Shown piece by piece: positions 17,553-28,160 of a stretch of 38,948 nucleotides of DNA (positions within the stretch are counted from its first letter, which is position 1; the number at the start of each line of letters is the position of its first letter). Under the pieces are notes generated by a model that saw only the letters and a list, made by a program, of their open reading frames with translations, did not search any database and was not told the DNA's origin. Position numbers and translations under genes: made by a program. The stretch comes from Thermoplasmatota archaeon (GTDB lineage Archaea > Thermoplasmatota > Penumbrarchaeia > Penumbrarchaeales > Penumbrarchaeaceae), in the NCBI GenBank assembly GCA_029762535.1, contig JARVGK010000013.1, positions 1 to 38,948 of the forward strand, given 5' to 3'.

Positions 17553-20294
17553 TTGAGGCCGTCCGATAGCGTATTGCTGCTCGCATCGATCATGATCCTT
17601 TCGTTCATGTTCACATATTCGGGTGGAGGAGATGCGGGCTATGAGTTGGTCCCGCTCTCTGAACGGGCGGTTCCGAACTTCATGAACGTAACGGAGAGCT
17701 CGGGGCTGTCAGGGGTCAGGGGAGATTCGTTCGCGTGGGGAGACTGGAACAACGACGGCTATCAGGACCTCCTCGTCAAGGGATCCAGGCTTTTCAAGAA
17801 CAACGGTCCGCCCGATTACACGTTCACCGAGGTGACCCAGGAAGTGGGGCTCGTGAATTCTGGCTACAGCGTCTTCGTCGATCTGGACAACGACGGTTAT
17901 CTTGACATCTTCTCGGTCGGTCACCCATATGACCATCCCGATTCCGTCTGGTTGAACAGCGGCCCTCCGGATTTCAGGTTTCGGGACGTATCCCATCTCT
18001 CCGGTGCGAGAGGAGTTGATGATGGGATGCCGTCACTGGCCTGTGGAGCGGGCGACATCGACCAAGACGGTTATCTCGATATATACGTCGTCAACTGGAG
18101 GGACGATGAGAACGTGAAATATCCGGATGTTCTCTGGAAGAACGAGGGAGGAGGCAAGTTCATCGATATCACCGATGAGGCGGGGATCGTGGACTGGAAC
18201 CCGCACAGGCAGGAGCCGAATGCGGGCATGGGTGTGAATTTCGGGGATTACAACGACGACGGCTGGATAGACATATACGTCTCGAACTATCTGATAACCC
18301 CCAATTACCTCTTCGAGAATCAGGGTGATTCCACATTCGAGGAGGTTGCGCACGAAAGGGGCTGCGCCGGAGAGCCGACGCAGGGTCTGAACGATGTCTA
18401 TTACGGCCACACCGCTGGTTCGCAGTGGGCCGATCATGACAACGACGGCGATCTCGACCTATGGTGCTCCAACCTCGCCCACAAGGACCCCTACAGGACG
18501 CTGATCTGCGACGACTCCCAGCTTTGGAGGAACGACGGTGAGGCGTCCGGGTATTCCTTCACGAACATAAGGGACCAGACAGGGATCCCCACCAACGTCC
18601 TCGGCGATGAGGAGCTGTTCTTCGGCATCGCCTGGGGGGATGTCGACAACGACGGCAGGCTGGACATGTTCGTCCCACAGGTAAAGAATTACATAGATTA
18701 TGCCTACTCCTATCTCTTCCTTCAGAACGATGACGGGACCTTCACGGACGTTTCGGAGGAGGCGGGTTTGAGGATATGGGACTGCGTGGGTGGCGCCTGG
18801 TGCGATTACGACAACGACGGGGACCTAGATCTCGTCGTCGACGGCAAATATCCCTACGAGAACGGGACATATGGTTTAAGGCTGTATCAGAACCAGGGAG
18901 TCTCCGGGAACGGGTTCATTCATGTCGATCTCGAAGGGACGTTAGGCAACCCCTCAGCTGTCGGGGCGCGCGTGAAGCTCTTCGACAGCCGGACGAAAGA
19001 GCACCTCGGTATGCGCGAGGTGGAAGGGGGCACCGCAGGTCATTCCTTTGGTCCTTCCCTGACGGTCGAGTTCGGACTGGGAAGCAGAGAGGGCCCATTC
19101 GATCTTGAGATACGCTGGCCCACCAACAGGGTCCAGTACATACCCAGACTAGTAAGGAACAGCAGGATCGAAGTAAAGGAACCCTCGATCATGGACCTTG
19201 CGATATCCTGCTCTCCTTCGGCAGGATCACTCTACGAGGGGGAGGAACTGGTCTTGGATGTTAGGGTAGAGAACATCGGCGGATCGTATATGAGGGGCAT
19301 CTTCGTGGATGTTCTCGGAGAGTCTGAAAAGGGCCCTTCCGTCGATCATCGCCTGGATATCGGCGATATCCCTGCCGCTGCCGTCGCTGTCGGATCGCTG
19401 GCGGTCTCAACAAAAGGCATGGGCGGCGAGCTGCTGATCTCGGCGGAGCTCGTGGACCCGCACGGGACGGACGAGAAACATGAGAACGATCGATGGCTCG
19501 GAACGATCAGGATAGGGGCCGTCAATTCGCCGCCGAGCATCATCTCCTTCGATATCGATCCGGACATGGTGCTTCCCGGGGAATGGGTAAATATATCGGT
19601 CCATGCTGTGGATCCGGACGGTGATGCCCTGGAATACGTTTTCTCGTCGGAAATGGGGAATTTCCTCCATGAGGTTCCCACCTCTCCAAATGCATACTGG
19701 CTGTCACCCTCCGGCCCGGAAATCAAGGATGGGGCGATCGTATCCCTCCAGGTGAGCATAAGCGATGGACGTGGAGGTGCGGATACGGCATCAAGAAGGG
19801 TCACGGTCCAGAAAAGGTCATTATCCCCTGTTATTTCCGAACTGTTCATCTCCTCTGCGATGGTGAAAAACGATGGCTACTCCAGGATAAGGCTGGAGGC
19901 GCGCATTTCGCACGGATATGGTCCGGATATGATCTCAAGGGTCGAGGCTGACCTGTCCGCTGTAGGAGGCGGGCACAACGAAGCCATGTACGATACTGGC
20001 ACTGGCGGCGATCGCGTGGGGGGAGATGGTACGTACACGATCATGTTCTCCGTTCCCGGATCGGTCACCGGAGGTCTGGCCAGTATAGAAGTGAGGGTCC
20101 ACGATCAGGACATGAACAGCGCGGCCAGGGAGATAACGGTCACCGTCCTCGATATAGGCGATACGGGGGCCAGTGATAAAGAGCCGGATATGGCACTGCC
20201 AATTCTGGCCGCCGTTGCGATCGTACTTTTGATCCTTGCTCCTGTGGTAGGGGTCTCGGTATACTTCCTCGATCGAAATAAGCGCAAGGGATAA
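17553..20294 (+). CDS. Cell-surface FG-GAP/VCBS beta-propeller plus ASPIC/UnbV (CRTAC1-like) protein with Ig-like/CARDB domains and C-terminal TM anchor
   Basis: Signal peptide, seven DxDNDGxLD-type repeats, AVGARVKL...VEFGLG...IRWP (ASPIC/UnbV), MYDTGTGGDRVGGDGTYT motif, TM helix and RNKRKG tail. Confidence 0.9.
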   Translation: MRPSDSVLLLASIMILSFMFTYSGGGDAGYELVPLSERAVPNFMNVTESSGLSGVRGDSFAWGDWNNDGYQDLLVKGSRLFKNNGPPDYTFTEVTQEVGLVNSGYSVFVDLDNDGYLDIFSVGHPYDHPDSVWLNSGPPDFRFRDVSHLSGARGVDDGMPSLACGAGDIDQDGYLDIYVVNWRDDENVKYPDVLWKNEGGGKFIDITDEAGIVDWNPHRQEPNAGMGVNFGDYNDDGWIDIYVSNYLITPNYLFENQGDSTFEEVAHERGCAGEPTQGLNDVYYGHTAGSQWADHDNDGDLDLWCSNLAHKDPYRTLICDDSQLWRNDGEASGYSFTNIRDQTGIPTNVLGDEELFFGIAWGDVDNDGRLDMFVPQVKNYIDYAYSYLFLQNDDGTFTDVSEEAGLRIWDCVGGAWCDYDNDGDLDLVVDGKYPYENGTYGLRLYQNQGVSGNGFIHVDLEGTLGNPSAVGARVKLFDSRTKEHLGMREVEGGTAGHSFGPSLTVEFGLGSREGPFDLEIRWPTNRVQYIPRLVRNSRIEVKEPSIMDLAISCSPSAGSLYEGEELVLDVRVENIGGSYMRGIFVDVLGESEKGPSVDHRLDIGDIPAAAVAVGSLAVSTKGMGGELLISAELVDPHGTDEKHENDRWLGTIRIGAVNSPPSIISFDIDPDMVLPGEWVNISVHAVDPDGDALEYVFSSEMGNFLHEVPTSPNAYWLSPSGPEIKDGAIVSLQVSISDGRGGADTASRRVTVQKRSLSPVISELFISSAMVKNDGYSRIRLEARISHGYGPDMISRVEADLSAVGGGHNEAMYDTGTGGDRVGGDGTYTIMFSVPGSVTGGLASIEVRVHDQDMNSAAREITVTVLDIGDTGASDKEPDMALPILAAVAIVLLILAPVVGVSVYFLDRNKRKG

Positions 20295-20339
20295 GCTTTA
20301 AGAATAAACGACATCTCTTGCCTGTAGGGAAGTTCGAAG

Positions 20340-23300
20340 ATGAGCAGCGTTTCAGGGTCTGGCGATAAGTTGTTAGAGTTAATAACAGCTATTCTGGTAG
20401 GCGCGCTGTTGGTTCTCTCGATCCTATCGATATACGGCCCATCCTCCGTTCAGGGTCATGCGCGAGTATCCCTGCCTTTCGTTCTGATCGGGATCGCTAT
20501 ATGCTTCGCGGTCATGGCCCTGACCAGGAGGCTCCTTTTCAAGATGGGGTTGAGGAATCTCGTACGGCACAGAGGTGATTCGGCGATAGCCATCATCGGG
20601 TTCATGATCGGGACCGCGATCATATGCTCGTCCCTTGTTATCGGCGACACCCTCACTTCTCTCGTGGGGTCCTTGATCTACGAGAGATATCATCTGGTCG
20701 ACGAGGTGGTCTATCTTCAGGACCAGAGGGGGAACTCCACAATCTTCAACGGCAGCCAGGCGAACGAGATGCGAGCATCGATCCTATCATCCGAGGGTTC
20801 GAGAGGGCTCATCGATGGGATATCCTTCGAGTTCAGGAGAAGCGTTTCGGTAATAGATATGAACACACAGCTTCTTGAGCCTTCGATGAGCATGCGTGCG
20901 TTCTCACCGGATAGCGTACAAGCATTCGGCGCCCTATATGAGGGTGGATCCCGAATTCCTCTTCCTCTTGAGACGGGCACGGCTGCACTCAGCAAAGGTG
21001 CGGCGGACAAGCTCGGGGCGGAGCCAGGCCATACTATTATAGTCTCGACGGGGTACTCCGATGCCGAGCTGAAAGTAGCGCACGTCCTCGACAAGGGGGG
21101 AAGGTCCGATATATTCGGCGGTGAGAACATTTTCGTTTCCTTCGACACTGCTTGGTCGCTCTTCGAGATGGAGCACGATCCATCAGGCCCCCATGGGTCC
21201 CGAGAGGATTGGTCGGGTGGTGCCTACAATATATTGTTCATATCCAACAAAGGGGGGGTCGATGAGGGGGGGAGGCTTTCGAAAAAGATGGTGCCCATTA
21301 TCGATCTCGCACTATCCGGTTTCGAGCTTGAGGAAGGCGTTTTGAAAGTTCAGGAGGATAAAGGCAGCGGTTACGACTCGGCAATAGAGGGCGTATCCCT
21401 GTTCATCAAGGTGTTCGTATCCCTCAGCGCTTTCTCCGTCGTCGCTGGAATGACGCTTATTGTCAACATCTTCATCATGCTCTCCGAGGAGAGGATGGAG
21501 GAGATGGGGATATCGCGGGCCATAGGTATGAGGAGGAGCGGACTGAGACAAAGCTACATGTTCGAGGGTCTATTCTACTCTCTGATATCCTCCTTGATGG
21601 GGGTGATAGTTGGTATTGCGGCGGGCTACCTGATCATATTTCTGCTCGAGAAGGTTATAGCGAGTGCCGGGATCGAGAGGGAGATAAACATACTTTCGAA
21701 CTACACCATCCTGCCCGGTACGCTCCTGCTCTCGTTCATGGCCGGTTTCGGAATAACTCTTTTGACCACCTTTTTGGTGACGAACAGGATAGCAAGGCTC
21801 AACATCGTTTCCGCGATCAGGGGTATGGACCCTTCCCGGCCCCTGGGCAGGATCAGAACCTTCTTGTATTCGCTATTACTAAAATGCGAACCGGAGCATG
21901 TCAGGTCGCTCTCCTGTAATCTTCCCAGATGGATATCGATCGCTCTGGAACCGGACAAGGTATGGGGGGTAATTCTACTCATCTCTGGCATTGCGTCCGC
22001 CTCCGCAGGTGTATCGTTGGGGATTCTCTGGCCTTTACAGATAGGAGTTTCGGTCTCGATAGTGGGTGCCGCGCTCCTTGTCAGGAGGTCGCTCGGGGAC
22101 AGGGCCGTCTTCACGGGTGCCTCGATCCTGATACTGGTATGGTGGTTGGCACCTCTGCCTTTCACAAATGACCTGAGGTCCGACATAGAGATGTTCTTCT
22201 TCTCGGGAATATTCATGGTGACGTCCGGTGCGTTCATAATAGTATGGAACACCGAGCTGTTCCTGGTGCCTTTGAGGTTGCTGCTGAGGATCATCGGCAT
22301 ATCGCCCGCTCCAATAAAAATGGCGGTATCTTACCCTCTCAAGAAGAAGTTCAGGACCGGTGTTACCATCTTCATGTTCGCACTGGTGATATTCACCATT
22401 ACGGGTCTTACGATGGTGGTACACATCTTCAACGTCAACATAGACGAGTTCGAGCGCAGTACAGGGGGCGGTTACGATATAATTGGCATCTCGAACACGA
22501 GGGGGATCCCGGACCTCGCATCGGAGTTGAACCTTGCCTGGGGGGAAGAAAGAAGCCGAAATATAGACTGGGATAGTACTACGTCGCTCTCCATAGGGTT
22601 CGCGTCGATAAATATATCCATGGGTCCCAGAGAGAGCATCGAGATGCCCTATCTTTTATGCGGAATATCCGATGCTTTCATACACCACAACACCTACGGG
22701 TTCAACGATGTGGCGTGGGAGATACTGGGTTCGAGAGGCATATCATCCCGCTCCGATGAGGCGGTGTGGGGCGCGTTATCCTTCGATGATCTCGTGATAG
22801 TGGACGGAACGATCGGGGAGAACGATTTCGGACCTCCGGGCCTCGGTCTGTCGGCGGGGAGCGAGATCACTATCCTGCTCTCTAACGGAACAAGGGTGCA
22901 GAGGACGATCATAGCGATCACAGACCAGTTCGCGATCAGGGCGGTGTTCCTCGATGAGAGCAGGGCCGCATATGGTTTCAACGTGACCGAAAAGATCGTT
23001 CACATGATCAAGGTGGCCGAAGGGGAGGACCCGACCCCTATCTCGGATGAATTAAGGAAGGCCTTGCTACCTTACGGGTTCATAACGATAGTGGTTAGGG
23101 ATCTGGTCAGAGAGATATTGTCCTTCCAGAACAACATCTTCGACCTTTTCAATGCGTATCTGTCCCTCGGGCTTATAATTGGCATTGTCGGCCTAGGAAT
23201 AGTCACCCTTCGCTCGGTATATGAGAGGAGGCACGAGATCGGGATGTTGAGGGCGATAGGCTTCAGGAAAAGGGCGGTGGTCGCCACGTTCCTGGGCGAA

Positions 23301-23531
23301 TCGACGTTCATAGCAAGTTCGGGGCTAATACTCGGGAGCTCATTGGGCGTCCTCTTGGGTTGGAAACTATGGAGGGATGAGATATCGTCCGAGCTGCCCG
23401 AGTTCGGAATACCCTATACCAGGATATTGATCATTTTAAGCATCGCTTTCGCCTTTGCTCTAATGTCCTCGATACCGCCATCGAACATGGCGTCGAAAGT
23501 CGCACCCGCAGAGGCCTTGAGATATGAATGA
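20340..23531 (+). CDS. FtsX/MacB-type ABC transporter permease (duplicated)
   Basis: MGLRNLVRHR and two permease motifs, ERMEEMGISRAIGM and ERRHEIGMLRAIGF. Ends in PAEALRYE. Confidence 0.92.
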   Translation: MSSVSGSGDKLLELITAILVGALLVLSILSIYGPSSVQGHARVSLPFVLIGIAICFAVMALTRRLLFKMGLRNLVRHRGDSAIAIIGFMIGTAIICSSLVIGDTLTSLVGSLIYERYHLVDEVVYLQDQRGNSTIFNGSQANEMRASILSSEGSRGLIDGISFEFRRSVSVIDMNTQLLEPSMSMRAFSPDSVQAFGALYEGGSRIPLPLETGTAALSKGAADKLGAEPGHTIIVSTGYSDAELKVAHVLDKGGRSDIFGGENIFVSFDTAWSLFEMEHDPSGPHGSREDWSGGAYNILFISNKGGVDEGGRLSKKMVPIIDLALSGFELEEGVLKVQEDKGSGYDSAIEGVSLFIKVFVSLSAFSVVAGMTLIVNIFIMLSEERMEEMGISRAIGMRRSGLRQSYMFEGLFYSLISSLMGVIVGIAAGYLIIFLLEKVIASAGIEREINILSNYTILPGTLLLSFMAGFGITLLTTFLVTNRIARLNIVSAIRGMDPSRPLGRIRTFLYSLLLKCEPEHVRSLSCNLPRWISIALEPDKVWGVILLISGIASASAGVSLGILWPLQIGVSVSIVGAALLVRRSLGDRAVFTGASILILVWWLAPLPFTNDLRSDIEMFFFSGIFMVTSGAFIIVWNTELFLVPLRLLLRIIGISPAPIKMAVSYPLKKKFRTGVTIFMFALVIFTITGLTMVVHIFNVNIDEFERSTGGGYDIIGISNTRGIPDLASELNLAWGEERSRNIDWDSTTSLSIGFASINISMGPRESIEMPYLLCGISDAFIHHNTYGFNDVAWEILGSRGISSRSDEAVWGALSFDDLVIVDGTIGENDFGPPGLGLSAGSEITILLSNGTRVQRTIIAITDQFAIRAVFLDESRAAYGFNVTEKIVHMIKVAEGEDPTPISDELRKALLPYGFITIVVRDLVREILSFQNNIFDLFNAYLSLGLIIGIVGLGIVTLRSVYERRHEIGMLRAIGFRKRAVVATFLGESTFIASSGLILGSSLGVLLGWKLWRDEISSELPEFGIPYTRILIILSIAFAFALMSSIPPSNMASKVAPAEALRYE

Positions 23532-23549
23532 TCCCGAAACCGTAAGGGT

Positions 23550-26500
23550 TCAAAGCATCTTCAGCTCATCTGCGAGCTTCCTGATGCTCTTTGGGGCATC
23601 CTCCAACTTTCCGGACCTGTATTCCGCAGAAGCTCTGCTATATATGGCCTTTGCGTTGTTGATGTCCTTGCCCTTAGCGCTCTCCTCTTCCATCCTGAGC
23701 TTCAATCTCTGGAGGGCCTTGCCTATGTCCGCGTGCATCTTGCATACTTTAAGCGCGGATGATATCGCTATCTTGAACTCCCTCAGGGCCGGGGTGCTCT
23801 TTCCAGAAGCAATATGTCTCACTCCCTCGCTGTAATGGCCTTTTGATTCCTCCAACTGAGCTATCTGGGGCAATCTGGCGAATAGGGAGTCGAGCCGGTT
23901 CTTGATCCTCTGTATGTCCTCCATCGACGAGGTCATTTTGGCATCCACATCCAGGTCGACAAAATCATCAACGATGTTCGAGATCCCCTCAGACCTCGAT
24001 CGTCCTTCTATTTTACCATTGGGGCCTTGATCTACCTGGAATCCCGGGTCTATCGCCCCCGAATCCTCCCTTTTCAATACCTCGATCCTGTTTCCTGCGA
24101 TCAGCTTGGCTATGCCGGTTAGGTTCTTGTCGTCTCCGATCATGAGCGGAGTGGATTCGGTCGAGTCATCATCGGTCGAAATATCATCCCGTTGCGATGT
24201 TTCGTTCCCTGTGTCCATTTTCATGCTCTTCGAGAAGGCTTCGGACGCTATTCGGCCGATGCCGCCCAAAAGCGATCTCTGCTGCATTCTGGGGCCTCTC
24301 GACCTGAGGCTGGGGGGCTGGGGTAGAGGCTCGTAGGGGGCTTTTCGCCCATCCTCTGATACGGCAGGTTGAAGGCGTGCCGCCACGGAAGGCGGCGGAG
24401 TGACCTTCCAGTTCGCGGCCATGACCTTTTCCTCGAACCTTTCGTAGGCAGAGAAGAAAAGGGGCCATTCCCTGGAAGAGTATGCCTCCTCTATCTTTTT
24501 CATATCGGCCCTGAACGGTTTTTTCTGGGCTGGCTTGAGGGCTTCGATATCTTTAAGAAGCTCCATCTTCTTCTTTGCCCTCCATTCGCTATCCATGTCC
24601 ATTATGCTTGATTTGAGGTCAGCTACCCGTTTTAGGAGGTTATCGACATTATCGAGTTCAGAGTTCTCGTAGACCGTGGAAGTTGTGTCCATCAGATCGT
24701 TGATCTCCTTAGCTATGGTCTTTTTCCTAACCATGAAATCGCTATCGATTATATAGCCGAAGACCTCGACGGATAGATCGTCGATATCGCCTATCTGGCG
24801 AAGCAGATCCTCGATCTTGCTCATCTTCAGAATGGACCTAATCGAGCTGGATTCCTTCTCAATCTCCTTGAGCTCCTCCTCCACGTTCCGGAGATCACCT
24901 GACTGAACCCTTTCCGCAAGGCTCTGTGCTTTGGCCATCAGCTGCTGTGACCTCTCGTCCTTGATATCAAAACCGATCTCCAGTATCTGGGAGCATCTAT
25001 CCATCAGCTCCATTGACTTCTGTCTGTCACGTATCTCCTGAATAAGCTCTCCCGCCTTTTTGAACAGGGGAACTAGAGATTCAACATCGTGCTTGTTTAT
25101 CGCCTCCCTGATGCGTTTTAAGCCGTCGGCATGTTTCTCTTTCAAGTCGAGGGGTATCTTTTCCTTCCATGATCGCGCAAGATTATCATAGGATCCGATG
25201 ACGAGGGCATAAAGATTTTCGGAGCCGTCGAAGAGAAGATACCTCGTTCTATCGAGCAATGAGTCAATGTTACTACGGGCGGTCTCGAGGTTCTCCATGG
25301 TCAATGCAGGGAGCTCCTTGAACTCATCGTTCAATCCTTTCATGTCAAGGCCCAGGGTCCTTGCCGTGTCCAAATGGTGTTCTATCACCTTGAGCTTCTT
25401 CTGCAGATTGGACCTGTTAGTTTGAGAGTCTATGCGATCGAGCATCTGAGAGGCTTGTTTGGATATCTCAAAGGCCTGCCTGAACTGGCCGTTCTCCATC
25501 AATACCTCCGAGCGGTTTATCAGGCTCATCGTCTCCATGATCTTCTTCGGGTCGGCGCCTCTTGAGGAAAGTGAGTTCGCCCTTTTCTTCGTATCCTTGT
25601 TCGATGCCTTCACTTGTGACCTTAGAGATCCCTTCATGGTCTTTTCAAGGTCGCTCTCGAGCTTGAAGGCGTCTTCCAACTCCTCGAGACCATCGCGTGA
25701 ACCGACCGATCCAGCCAGCTTCTCAAGTGACTCCGCCTCCTTGATCACATCGATCCCATAATTCTCCGATTCGGATATCAACTTCCGGCATTCGTCCAAT
25801 TTCTTTGAGATCTCACCGGAAAGCGATTCCTCGATGAAGGATGCCACCTCTACAATGAGATCAGATATCGATCCAACCAACTTTAGCGTATTCTCCTCCG
25901 TGGTGTCCGAGCTACTATCTTTCGCCCTCCTTATAAGCTCCCAGAAAATGCTTCTTTCAACCCCCAGACCTTTGAGCCGGAGTACCTTCCCTTCGGTCTC
26001 CTGGATCAGGTTCTTTAAATGGTCCATGTATCCCTGGTGGATCGTCTTGCCAACGTTCGCTAAAAGCTCCTTACTGAGTATCTCGGCGAGCTGGACATTT
26101 CCAGACTCGGCGGACCTTCCTATGACCTTTCTAACGGGTTCGGCATATGGGCCTATCTCCGCCTCCAACCCGAGGATAGCGATTTCCTTCATCAGTTCGT
26201 CTATCTCATTTCTCATTTTATCGAGAAGACCCGCACGATGTTTGTTCTCCAGGTCCTCCATCCCCTCCATCAGACGGGCAACTTCATTGTAGAAGCTCAG
26301 CGAGCTCATTTCCTCCTTCCTATCCTTGACATCCCTTATTTTCGATGTCATCTCGGATGTGTTCAGGCCGTCCTTCTCCATGAGAAGGAGTTTGTATTTG
26401 ATCTCCTGAAGAAGTGTATCGGCCTCCCTGTCATAATAACTAGCAGCTGCCTTATTATACTCTCTCATGAAGTCATCGTGCGACCCGGTCATATGCTTGG

Positions 26501-28022
26501 GATCGGAATTTCCCATTTTCGAGAACTCATCAAGTTTGGCTATGAGGGTTGATGTGTCGAATAGACCTTTATGATCGTCGATTATCTTTCTCATCTGAGC
26601 GACCTTTTCGCTGTGGAAACGAGAGCCTATCTCCGCCCAATGCTCTAGAAGGGAGACGTCTATCTCCTTGAGAATGAACATGGCAGAGCGGAATTTCGAT
26701 TCAGATTCCAATTTCTCCACCTCTTCCATCCGCGTTAGTACGGCGGAGGGCTCGAATCCGAACTCGGAGATGTCATCTAGCTTATTGAGAACATCGTTCT
26801 TGAAGCGAAGTTCCTTCTCATGGTCCACTTCCCTCAGGTCGCTTATGAAAGGAAGGAGTTCCAGGGAGACCTCCTTTGCATCGAAGAAACGTCTTTGCTC
26901 TGTAAGCTTTCGAAGGTCCGATACCTTTGACAACAGGTGTTGGTGGAAAGAATCCTCGACGCTGGTGCTTTTAAGAAGTTCTTCGGATTGTTTTAACTGC
27001 TCCCTGAGATAGACCTTCTGATGGTCCACCATCTTCATGATGTCCTCCATTTCATCAATTAGGTCAGGGGTGGGACTGTTCTCGACCTTCTCCTCGATAT
27101 CTCTTATGAAGCTCATGGAGTTCTCATATTCCTTTCTCAAAGAGTCTCTGTAGGACGGGCAGTTGACGTTCCTGCCGATCATTTCCTTCAGATTGCTAAT
27201 TATGAACTTAAGAACGCCGGACCATGAGATATGTACGTCGATATCCTTTACAGCCTTGTAATATTTTATGGCCTTTGCGTATTCCCCTATCTTTAAACTG
27301 ATCTCACCCATGGCCAGTAGGGCTTCGAAGTCCCTTGGATGCTGGTCCAGGATCCTTTCGTACATATCCATTGCGGAGTCATAACGCTCCTCCTTGAGCA
27401 TGAGAAGCGCCATGGCCCTGAGCATCTCCTCATTGTGGGGATAGTGTTTTAGCCCAAGTTCAAGGGTGGATTCCGCCTCCTTGATCTCATCCATCTGCAT
27501 CTGCACCTTTCCTAAGGTGAGCAGGATCCGGTCATCATCGGGAACGAGATCTAAAGCCCTGTGCAGTATCTTTGATGCCAATCTAGGGTTCCCTGCTGCC
27601 TGGAGGGACGATCCCGCGTCGACCAGGTTCGTTGGGTCCATCAAAGGATATTTCAATCCTCTCTCGAAGTTCTCGAGCGCCTCTTTGTCTCGGTGCATGT
27701 CCGAGTATATCAGACCGAGTCTGATCCACGCATCTCCGAACTCTTCATTGTAGGATATGGATGTGTTTATGGACCTCAATGCCCTCTTCGTAGAACCCAG
27801 CTCGTGTTCCAAGTGCCCTTTCAGGTACCATAGGAAGAAATGGTCCGGGTTGTTGAATAGCAGGGAGTCGATGGCAATGAGATTCTCCTCCAGGTTGTCG
27901 GAGAAATATTCCCTGAAATTAACAGGCGGGATCCCTCCGGATTCAAGAATGCTCCAGCAGTCCTCACAGTATGGAAGCTCCTTGTCCAGGGCGTATCTCA
28001 GCTTGCAGAGCGAACAGACCAC
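23550..28022 (-). CDS. Large TPR/helical-repeat protein with N-terminal zinc-ribbon
   Basis: CSLC...CEDC at the N-terminus, several TPR-like repeats (about aa 55-260) and a long charged alpha-helical region. GTG start with GGTGA RBS. Confidence 0.8.
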   Translation of the reverse strand: MVCSLCKLRYALDKELPYCEDCWSILESGGIPPVNFREYFSDNLEENLIAIDSLLFNNPDHFFLWYLKGHLEHELGSTKRALRSINTSISYNEEFGDAWIRLGLIYSDMHRDKEALENFERGLKYPLMDPTNLVDAGSSLQAAGNPRLASKILHRALDLVPDDDRILLTLGKVQMQMDEIKEAESTLELGLKHYPHNEEMLRAMALLMLKEERYDSAMDMYERILDQHPRDFEALLAMGEISLKIGEYAKAIKYYKAVKDIDVHISWSGVLKFIISNLKEMIGRNVNCPSYRDSLRKEYENSMSFIRDIEEKVENSPTPDLIDEMEDIMKMVDHQKVYLREQLKQSEELLKSTSVEDSFHQHLLSKVSDLRKLTEQRRFFDAKEVSLELLPFISDLREVDHEKELRFKNDVLNKLDDISEFGFEPSAVLTRMEEVEKLESESKFRSAMFILKEIDVSLLEHWAEIGSRFHSEKVAQMRKIIDDHKGLFDTSTLIAKLDEFSKMGNSDPKHMTGSHDDFMREYNKAAASYYDREADTLLQEIKYKLLLMEKDGLNTSEMTSKIRDVKDRKEEMSSLSFYNEVARLMEGMEDLENKHRAGLLDKMRNEIDELMKEIAILGLEAEIGPYAEPVRKVIGRSAESGNVQLAEILSKELLANVGKTIHQGYMDHLKNLIQETEGKVLRLKGLGVERSIFWELIRRAKDSSSDTTEENTLKLVGSISDLIVEVASFIEESLSGEISKKLDECRKLISESENYGIDVIKEAESLEKLAGSVGSRDGLEELEDAFKLESDLEKTMKGSLRSQVKASNKDTKKRANSLSSRGADPKKIMETMSLINRSEVLMENGQFRQAFEISKQASQMLDRIDSQTNRSNLQKKLKVIEHHLDTARTLGLDMKGLNDEFKELPALTMENLETARSNIDSLLDRTRYLLFDGSENLYALVIGSYDNLARSWKEKIPLDLKEKHADGLKRIREAINKHDVESLVPLFKKAGELIQEIRDRQKSMELMDRCSQILEIGFDIKDERSQQLMAKAQSLAERVQSGDLRNVEEELKEIEKESSSIRSILKMSKIEDLLRQIGDIDDLSVEVFGYIIDSDFMVRKKTIAKEINDLMDTTSTVYENSELDNVDNLLKRVADLKSSIMDMDSEWRAKKKMELLKDIEALKPAQKKPFRADMKKIEEAYSSREWPLFFSAYERFEEKVMAANWKVTPPPSVAARLQPAVSEDGRKAPYEPLPQPPSLRSRGPRMQQRSLLGGIGRIASEAFSKSMKMDTGNETSQRDDISTDDDSTESTPLMIGDDKNLTGIAKLIAGNRIEVLKREDSGAIDPGFQVDQGPNGKIEGRSRSEGISNIVDDFVDLDVDAKMTSSMEDIQRIKNRLDSLFARLPQIAQLEESKGHYSEGVRHIASGKSTPALREFKIAISSALKVCKMHADIGKALQRLKLRMEEESAKGKDINNAKAIYSRASAEYRSGKLEDAPKSIRKLADELKML

Positions 28023-28160
28023 TTCTTCTCACCACGTTGTTCCCGAGCTGACCCGTCCCCTGTCCCGGATGAACTCCACGGCAGGGAAATCTGGAATTGA
28101 TATATCATATATTTAATGTACATGATGGGAGTTCGCATCGTGGATAGGATCGATCCTAGG

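Noticed and set aside
23550-28022. SMC/Rad50 ATPase
   Set aside because: No Walker A/B or signature motifs were seen.
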